From: Acaryochloris thomasi RCC1774
GTDB lineage: Bacteria; Cyanobacteriota; Cyanobacteriia; Thermosynechococcales; Thermosynechococcaceae
DNA length: 32,000 nucleotides
Assembly (NCBI RefSeq): GCF_003231495.1
Contig: NZ_PQWO01000004.1
Location: forward strand, 360,001-392,000
Reading direction: 5' to 3'
Shown here: one piece after another, positions 26,345-32,000 of the stretch
Layout: each line of letters begins with the position of its first letter
Position numbering within the stretch: the stretch's first letter is position 1
The notes under the pieces: generated by a model
What the model was told of the DNA's origin: nothing
Database searches by the model: none
What the model saw: only the letters and a program-made list of their open reading frames with translations
Made by a program: the position numbers and the translations under genes

Positions 26345-27040
26345 TCAGTTAACCTTTTGCAATTCTGCCGAAGTGCTGACCCAGCCCACAGCTCCCTGTT
26401 CACTCAGCAGAACGTCAACCGCAGCCTGATGCTCTGCTTCACTGAACGCTGCACAGCAATCCTCAAGCAGTAGGGCATAAAACCCCAAGTCGCTGGCCTG
26501 ACGGTAGGTACCCAAGACACAGCATTGTGTGGTTACGCCGGTTATGAGGAGATGGGTGATGTTGCGACTCCGCAATCCCTCTTCCAACTCAGTCCCGACA
26601 AAAGCAGACTGAGCCGGTTTATCCAAAACCCAATCTTCAGCAGCGGGTTGCAGTTCGTCTAAGATCTCTGTCCCCGCTTCCCCCTGCACTAAGAAGCGCC
26701 CTAGCTGACCCGCACTACCCACGGGATAGCCTGCATTCTGATATCGCAGTCGCTTGCTAGGAGAAAGATCCGAACCGTCAGGGTGATGACTTTCGCGGGT
26801 ATAGATAATAGGGACAGTTCGCTGTCTCGCCCAATCTAATACGGCCTGAATCTTAGGAATAATGGCCTGTGCAGCAGTGAGATCAGCTCCCAACACAGAC
26901 CCTGAAAACCCGTCTGGATGGCAAAAATCCTTTTGCATATCGATAACGAGCAGAGCTGTCTGGGACAGGCAAAGCGGAAACGGATGGGGGTGGCTAGTGA
27001 CCCTCACCCAATCAGTAGGAATCTTGGTGCTCCCTATCAC
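26345..27040 (-). CDS. isochorismatase-family cysteine hydrolase (RutB / N-carbamoylsarcosine amidase / biuret hydrolase-like)
   Basis: 231 aa. The D-K-C triad context is ALLVIDMQKDF, LDKPAQSAF and ITGVTTQCCV. The C-terminal LLEDCCAAF...GWVS resembles RutB-type amidohydrolases. Confidence 0.88.
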   Translation of the reverse strand: MIGSTKIPTDWVRVTSHPHPFPLCLSQTALLVIDMQKDFCHPDGFSGSVLGADLTAAQAIIPKIQAVLDWARQRTVPIIYTRESHHPDGSDLSPSKRLRYQNAGYPVGSAGQLGRFLVQGEAGTEILDELQPAAEDWVLDKPAQSAFVGTELEEGLRSRNITHLLITGVTTQCCVLGTYRQASDLGFYALLLEDCCAAFSEAEHQAAVDVLLSEQGAVGWVSTSAELQKVN

Positions 27041-27046
27041 AGTTGG

Positions 27047-28099
27047 TTAGCCTAACGCTTTGACGAACTGCGGGTCCAATACATCGGTAAAATCAGGCTC
27101 TTTAGGAATTTGTCCCTGCTCTTTGAGAAACTTCGCTAGCTCCTGCATGGGTTTGAGCATATAGTCCGGGCTATCAGGATTGCCCAGCATCTCAATGTTG
27201 GTAGCTACATCGGGCATTTGAATTCCCTGGAGCTGTTCATCCAACTCTTCAGGGGTAATCTTGAGCTGTTTTGCCATGATGGCAAGCCCCTCTTCCCGGT
27301 TGCTGTTCAGGAACTCTAAGCCTTTGAAGTTGCCTTCGACAAAGGCGGCAACGGCTTCGGGGTTGGCTTCGGTGTACTTTGCGCTGAAGATGTATAAGTC
27401 TGCGATCGCAGTCGGCATTTGCTTCGATGTATAAATGCTGCGTCCGTCTTTCTGAGCCGCGTTGGCCTTATCGCTGAACGGAGAGTATGTATACACAATA
27501 TCCAAGTTGCCCGCCTGGTAGGCTGCCGCCGCTGCATCCGGTGGCGTGTTAACCAAGGTGACATCCTGCTCCGTCAAGCCTGCCTCTGCCAAAACCTGAA
27601 GCACAAAGAAGTGACCAATACCGCCCAGTTCAACGCCAATTTGCTGACCCTTAAAATCCTGAATGCTGCCGATTTTGTTGCGAGCCAGAATGGCGTCGGC
27701 ACCGATGGATGTATCTTCAACAGTGACGACCTTGAAGTCCACATCCTTGGCTGCCAATAGAACTGCTTCAGAGGTCACAGGAGCCAAGCCATCTAGCTGC
27801 CCTGCAATAAAGCTAGAGAAGCCTTGAGCCACGGTATCAAAGACCTTGAGTTCTAGATCAAGACCCAGTTCTTTGAAGAATCCTTTCTCTAGGGCAATGT
27901 AGGCGGGTGTGTTGCCAATCCAGGTGGTTATCCCCATGACGGCCTTCATTGAGTCTCCCGTGGCCACATCCGGTGCGGTTTCGCTGTCAGCAGAAGTCTC
28001 AGGGGATGAACCACAGGCATGGAGCCCGACACCTGCGATCGCACCTGTCATGAGCCAAAGAACATTGCGGCGGGTCCAATTTCGAGATGGAATATTCAT
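27047..28099 (-). CDS. periplasmic substrate-binding lipoprotein, NMT1/THI5-TauA/SsuA (NitT/TauT) type, Tat signal
   Basis: 350 aa. The N-terminus has a twin-arginine motif plus a lipobox (WTRRNVLWLMTGAIAGVGLHAC/GS). The mature part has the family pattern (...WIGNTPAYIALEKGFFKELGLDLELKVFD...GQLDG...). It starts 1 nt inside the creatininase stop (TGATG) and ends 6 nt before the hydrolase ATG. Confidence 0.88.
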   Translation of the reverse strand: MNIPSRNWTRRNVLWLMTGAIAGVGLHACGSSPETSADSETAPDVATGDSMKAVMGITTWIGNTPAYIALEKGFFKELGLDLELKVFDTVAQGFSSFIAGQLDGLAPVTSEAVLLAAKDVDFKVVTVEDTSIGADAILARNKIGSIQDFKGQQIGVELGGIGHFFVLQVLAEAGLTEQDVTLVNTPPDAAAAAYQAGNLDIVYTYSPFSDKANAAQKDGRSIYTSKQMPTAIADLYIFSAKYTEANPEAVAAFVEGNFKGLEFLNSNREEGLAIMAKQLKITPEELDEQLQGIQMPDVATNIEMLGNPDSPDYMLKPMQELAKFLKEQGQIPKEPDFTDVLDPQFVKALG

Positions 28100-28899
28100 C
28101 AGCAGTTCACTCCTCTATTTTGAAACTCAGCTTTAACGGCAACAGCGATGCGATCGGCCACTTGAGTCGCGATCAATTCACCTTTGGCAGCAGTGGCACC
28201 CTGGGCAGACGAGAGCACTCCTGAGAGCGGCACCCAGTCCTGGCAAGTGGGGTACAGGTCATAGGGCGGGAAATCAACAGGGTCAATGTCAGGAATCAGG
28301 TCCAGCTTCACTAGCTCTGGGTAGAAATGCAGCATCAGGGAGGTCTCAATCACAGCCGCATGTTCTAAAGCAAAGCCCGGAAACCCTTTGGGGAATACGG
28401 TCGCCAGGGTCTCTTCAGTACAGAAGTCCCAATACTCAAGGCGCATAATCTTCAGAGGCGTTGAGGCACCCACATCCCGCAGCGCTAGGTCGATGCCTTC
28501 GGTGAGGAACCACTGGTTTTCATAATGTCCATCGACAATCACTAGATTCGTGATGCCTTGGCGGGCAAATTCGCGCACGAGGTCACGGGTGATTTGACTG
28601 AGGCTGTGACCGTCGAGGCTAGTGGTGCCGGGAAAATGTTGACCGCCGCCGGATTTGGGCTGGGATTTGTAACCGTAGCTGAGGGGCGGGGCAACGAGGC
28701 CGTTGACGCGCTTTGCGATTGTGGTTGCGATCGCACCACTCAGCAACCCATCAGTCCCTAAAGGCAAATGAGGACCATGCTGCTCTAGTGCGCCACAGGG
28801 TAAAAAAACAACCAGATCGTTTTCCTGTAGTCGAGCTTGATACTCGACCCAACTCAGGGTGTTCATTTGCACTGAAGTCACAGCAGATGCCCAGCTCAC
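28099..28899 (-). CDS. creatininase (creatinine amidohydrolase) family enzyme, close to the bona fide creatininase type
   Basis: The metal-ligand motifs are intact: GALEQHGPHLPLGTD (E-x-H...D) and DGHYEN (H-x-E). The long block YGYKSQPKSGGGQHFPGTTSLDG and GHYENQWFLTEGIDLALR closely resembles the Pseudomonas putida creatininase sequence as I remember it. An alternative start is the ATG at 28866 (MNTLSWVEY...). Confidence 0.88.
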   Translation of the reverse strand: MSWASAVTSVQMNTLSWVEYQARLQENDLVVFLPCGALEQHGPHLPLGTDGLLSGAIATTIAKRVNGLVAPPLSYGYKSQPKSGGGQHFPGTTSLDGHSLSQITRDLVREFARQGITNLVIVDGHYENQWFLTEGIDLALRDVGASTPLKIMRLEYWDFCTEETLATVFPKGFPGFALEHAAVIETSLMLHFYPELVKLDLIPDIDPVDFPPYDLYPTCQDWVPLSGVLSSAQGATAAKGELIATQVADRIAVAVKAEFQNRGVNC

Positions 28900-28941
28900 G
28901 GGTGATTGGTAACTTCTTAACCTGTTATGACATCAGGCAAT

Positions 28942-28957
28942 TGTAGTATGAGGCACA
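28942..28957. promoter_or_regulatory. candidate NtcA/CRP-family site TGTAGTATGAGGCACA in the divergent promoter region
   Basis: It fits GT-N10-AC and TGTA-N8-(C)ACA, one mismatch from the NtcA GTA-N8-TAC consensus. It lies between the creatininase operon and the RidA gene. On the minus strand, TAAGAA lies ~23 nt downstream of the site and is only a weak -10 box. Confidence 0.2.
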
Positions 28958-29266
28958 GTTAGGTTAATTGCATGGTGAGGAAACCCAGTTTTTCATTCCA
29001 TAGAAGCAATAGATCTAGCGACCCGGTGTCGATTCTGTCTGAGTTCGCAGACGTATAAAGTAGAGAAACAATCAGAGTTGAGATCCGCTTCAAGAAGATT
29101 TTGTTCTTGGGGGTCGCATTCCTTCGATACCCTCTAACATGTGTTTTGGAGCGGATTGAAGAAAGATCTTAGTGTGGTCCCAGAAATGCTGGCAACCGCT
29201 CAATACGACCGTTGTGCCTGCTCTATCAAAAAATTCAACTGTCTAACGAATCAAGGGTATTCAGTC

Positions 29267-29668
29267 ATGCAACCGCAATGGATCAAAACCGATCATCACA
29301 AAGCTACCTACGAAGCCTTTGATTACGTTCCCGGCGTGACAGCATCTGGCAACTTTGCCTTCATTTCCGGTCAGGTTGGGGTGGAAGAAGACGGTGGCGT
29401 GAGTGATAATTCGGAAACGCAGATCGTGCGTGCCTTTGCCAATCTGGGAGAGATTCTCAAGGCTGTTCCCGCTAACCCACGGGATGTTGTCGATATCACA
29501 ACCTATCATGTCGGCTTACGGGAGCATTTGCCGTTAGTAAGTGCAGAGAAAAAGAAGTTCTTTGGCGATTGGAATCCAGCTTGGACGGCCATTGGCATCA
29601 CCGATCTGGCCATCGAAGGGCTGATCCTAGAGATTCGCGCTGTCGTGCTTTTGCCGTCTATGGGTTAG
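29267..29668 (+). CDS. RidA/YjgF/TdcF-family (Rid) protein
   Basis: 133 aa from the ATG at 29267 (MQPQWIKTD...). It has FAFISGQVG...QIVRAFANLGEILKA...DVVDITTYHV...PAWTAIGITDLAIEGLILEIRAV, the typical Rid fold pattern. The track ORF starts at an upstream non-ATG codon (29141), adding 42 unlikely residues. Confidence 0.85.
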   Translation: MQPQWIKTDHHKATYEAFDYVPGVTASGNFAFISGQVGVEEDGGVSDNSETQIVRAFANLGEILKAVPANPRDVVDITTYHVGLREHLPLVSAEKKKFFGDWNPAWTAIGITDLAIEGLILEIRAVVLLPSMG

Positions 29669-29826
29669 GGCTGTCAGAGAATCAAGTGGTGTAGGCAGAA
29701 AAATAAGACTGATGAGGTGCCCAAGCTAGTACTCGGTATGACTAAACATTCAGTTCAACAGGTGTAGAATCGCCCAACAAGTCACTACCATAAGGTGAAT
29801 CGTACTGTGGATGGACATAACGATCT

Positions 29827-30615
29827 ATGGGAAAACTCGATGGTAAAGTCGCTCTGATTACGGGCATCGGCTCTGGGATTGGTCGAGCTGCGGCTCAACT
29901 TTTCTGTGAAGCCGGGGCCACCGTTTTTGGCGTAGATCATAATTCTGACCTTGGTGCCTCTGTCGCTGAAGATCTGGAATCTTGGGGCGATCGCTTTCAC
30001 TTTCATCCGGCTGACTTGTCCCAAGAAAGAGATTGTATACAGGTGGTCGAAGAATGTCAGAGATTGTGTGATGGCCGCAGGCCGGTCGGAGACCCTCGCA
30101 TCGATATCCTATACAATAATGCAGGTATATCCATCATTGCCCCCTTCACTGAGACCGATAGCGCTACGTTGACAAAGATCATGGCCGTCAACTTTCAGGC
30201 TGTTTATCTGCTGTGCCAGCAGGTGCTGCCAATTATGCAGGCCCAAGGAAGTGGCGTAATTATTAATACCGCCTCTGAACTTGCGATCGTGGCTCAGCCA
30301 CTCTATGCCGCCTACTGCGCCAGCAAAGGAGCCGTCCTGTCTCTGACCCGCGCCCTAGCCCTTGAATACGCACAGGACAATATCCGTATTAATGCTCTTT
30401 GTCCCGGCCCTGTTGACACACCCATGCTGCAGCAAGAGTTTGAACAAGCTGAGTCCCCCACCCAAGCCAGATCTGCCGGAATAGAAACCATACCCATTGG
30501 ACGTTTAGGATATCCAGAAGAAATTGCGCAAGTGGCACTATACCTAGCAAGCGATGCTCCAGCATTGCTACATGGTGCATCGCTTGTTGTAGATGGCGGA
30601 AAAACGATTTTGTGA
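29827..30615 (+). CDS. classical short-chain dehydrogenase/reductase (SDR)
   Basis: 262 aa. It has TGIGSGIGRA (TGxxxGxG), NNAG, the catalytic S...YCASK (YxxxK), and PGPVDTPM. Confidence 0.9.
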   Translation: MGKLDGKVALITGIGSGIGRAAAQLFCEAGATVFGVDHNSDLGASVAEDLESWGDRFHFHPADLSQERDCIQVVEECQRLCDGRRPVGDPRIDILYNNAGISIIAPFTETDSATLTKIMAVNFQAVYLLCQQVLPIMQAQGSGVIINTASELAIVAQPLYAAYCASKGAVLSLTRALALEYAQDNIRINALCPGPVDTPMLQQEFEQAESPTQARSAGIETIPIGRLGYPEEIAQVALYLASDAPALLHGASLVVDGGKTIL

Positions 30616-31137
30616 CATCCCAAAACTTTCAATGAGTTTCAATGCTTACTGCATGCCTGAGCTTGCAAGACATTCACTGTTCACTTGAGCTTGTGCTGCT
30701 AATCTAGCCGAGCAGAGTCATCGGTCCGTCAAGCATCGATCTTTCCCAATTCTAGGTTTTGGTGACTTTAAGGCCGCAGGTCGGGTCTGTCGAGTGATTG
30801 ATGAAGTGGATAACTTTGGAGACTGCGCAGCCAAATGGCAGAATTTGTGTGTCTATCTGACTGTAGAGCGAGGTTTACGAAAGGAGTTGAGGAATTGGAG
30901 GGATTGTGCCAAGCTGCCTAGTCCAATAGAGGTAAAGTTTTCGGCTCTCAAGCTCCTCTTATAAGTTTTGGCTACTCAGTGCCTGCAGATCGTTTCGACC
31001 TCTCACCCAATGCTCAGGTTAATTTCAGTGAGGCTATGGTTTGCGTTTAGAGGCGTTTCAGGTTGCCCCATCATGCTTAGAGGCAAGACAGGTGAGCTGA
31101 CAAAACAACAGGCTCACTCCATGAACTGGAGATAGAC

Positions 31138-31392
31138 ATGACTTTCGAACATAGCCTGACGCATCCTCTGCAATCCCTTGGGCAATTAGCCGCGCTTGCA
31201 CAGCATCACTTTAAAGAGTGGGTGCGGCGAGAAATTATCGATGATGATCCTTTTGAAGTCGAAATCTGGAGCGATGGAGAGTTCGTCGTTGCTGAGTGTG
31301 AGAACATCTCATACTATGAAAGCGTCGCAGAGCTTGAACCTGACAAATATCTTGAGTACATCCAGACAGAACTGGAGCTGTACTTAAAGTGA
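31138..31392 (+). CDS. small acidic hypothetical protein (84 aa)
   Basis: The ATG is preceded by GGAGA 7 nt upstream. The sequence is Asp/Glu-rich (IIDDDPFEVEIWSDGEFVVAECENISYYESVAELEPDKYLEYIQTELELY). I recognise no family. Confidence 0.45.
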   Translation: MTFEHSLTHPLQSLGQLAALAQHHFKEWVRREIIDDDPFEVEIWSDGEFVVAECENISYYESVAELEPDKYLEYIQTELELYLK

Positions 31393-31417
31393 TGCATCGA
31401 GCTATTCGCTCCACCCC

Positions 31418-31457
31418 CGCAGCGTTAAATCAGGCTGACTAAGCTGCGCTAACGCTG
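31418..31457 (+). terminator. 9-bp perfect inverted repeat downstream of the small ORF
   Basis: GCAGCGTTA (31418-31426) pairs with TAACGCTGC (31449-31457) around a 22-nt loop. There is no U tract, so this is weak terminator evidence. Confidence 0.25.
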
Positions 31458-31722
31458 CACCTTGGCCCTATACAACGGCCCAATGAAGAGCAGGTGCTTT
31501 CGATGCTCTTGGGGCGAGGCTTCTGTACTTTGCTGATTTACTGAGCTGAAATTCACGTAAAAGAAAAGGGTTGAGTGCTAGATAATCTTTTTAGTAGAAG
31601 AATCGGGGATGAACTGTTAAAGACAGAACAATCCATCCCGTTCTCAGTCATTTTCACTTTTTTAAAGTTCTATACATTGATGCCCTTCACTGTGGTCTAT
31701 TACGGAAGGCAACATCATCGGG

Positions 31723-32000
31723 TTACTCTCGCTTCGAAAATTCGAACAAACTCCCTCCGCTGGCGGTCGGTATAGAATAGGCAATTTGGTCTAGCTTTTG
31801 ATTTCCCGAGAGCGCTAAATCTGCTTTTCGATCAATCGTTCCATCAGGGTTAGTTGGCACATCTAACTGATAAAATGTACCCCGCTGCTCTGGCGTCAAT
31901 AAGACTTTAGCCGGTCGATGACAATCTTCAGATGATTGAAGGACGTTAGCTTCGACATATCCCCGAATTTCAATCTCACTTGTATTTAGTGGTTTGAGCA
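31723..32000 (-). CDS. C-terminal 91 codons of an unidentified protein (5' end beyond the window end)
   Basis: My own minus-strand translation in the frame from 31998 reads LKPLNTSEIEIRGYVEANVLQSSEDCHRPAKVLLTPEQRGTFYQLDVPTNPDGTIDRKADLALSGNQKLDQIAYSIPTASGGSLFEFSKRE, with the stop at 31723-31725. It is open to the window edge. I recognise no family. Confidence 0.4.
   Translation of the reverse strand, partial: LKPLNTSEIEIRGYVEANVLQSSEDCHRPAKVLLTPEQRGTFYQLDVPTNPDGTIDRKADLALSGNQKLDQIAYSIPTASGGSLFEFSKRE

Noticed and set aside
26059-26403. 114-aa minus-strand ORF spanning the AAA-like gene 3' end and the convergent gap
   Set aside because: It is antisense to a well-supported gene, overlaps the hydrolase 3' end, and has a Ser/Cys/Arg-rich, non-protein-like composition.
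29141-29266. 42-codon N-terminal extension of the RidA ORF in the track (start 29141)
   Set aside because: It begins at a non-ATG codon and would add a non-homologous Cys-rich leader. The ATG at 29267 gives a canonical ~133-aa Rid protein.
31575-31775. 66-aa plus-strand ORF near the window end
   Set aside because: It starts at a non-ATG codon, and its 3' part overlaps the better-looking minus-strand partial ORF (31723..32000). It has no ribosome-binding site.

Overview
This 32 kb window looks like chromosomal DNA from a cyanobacterium. The HIP1 octamer GCGATCGC occurs about 20 times by eye, and several proteins have typical cyanobacterial architectures. A filamentous Leptolyngbya-like lineage is my guess only. 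I saw no rRNA, tRNA, CRISPR array, transposase or integrase.

Layout:
- 1-7451, all minus strand: a tightly packed housekeeping block. It holds a partial MFS transporter, recO, deoC, a PAS histidine kinase with an OmpR-type regulator, gltS and an RlmD-like rRNA methyltransferase. Two junctions are 4-nt start/stop overlaps.
- 7722-12140, plus strand: a YqiJ/NfeD-like gene, two tandem flotillin paralogs, and panB translationally coupled to the second flotillin.
- 12357-16800: a tandem duplication of a ~2.28 kb unit. Each unit carries a conserved leader and a ~635 aa predicted exoprotein with a 7-blade FG-GAP propeller and an RTX Ca-binding repeat block. Similarity between the copies is mosaic.
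- 16855-17694: a polytopic membrane protein.
- 17833-26275: an accessory-looking stretch. It contains a 1225 aa HTH/NB-ARC/pentapeptide/14xWD40 STAND protein, a 715 nt ORF-free gap, three exported proteins of unknown function, and a second HTH-fused STAND-like P-loop protein.
- 26345-30615: a divergent five-gene cluster. One arm is creatininase, a Tat-lipoprotein NMT1/TauA-type binding protein and an isochorismatase-family cysteine hydrolase. The other arm is RidA and an SDR.
- 31138-32000: a small acidic ORF and a partial minus-strand ORF at the window end.

The candidates most worth follow-up:
- the exported-protein trio bracketed by two HTH-STAND NTPases;
- the creatininase/cysteine-hydrolase/RidA/SDR cluster, a possible hydrolytic Rut-like nitrogen-scavenging route;
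- the NfeD plus two-flotillin operon;
- the concertedly evolving FG-GAP/RTX tandem paralogs.

All family calls come from motif recognition by eye. No database search was run.
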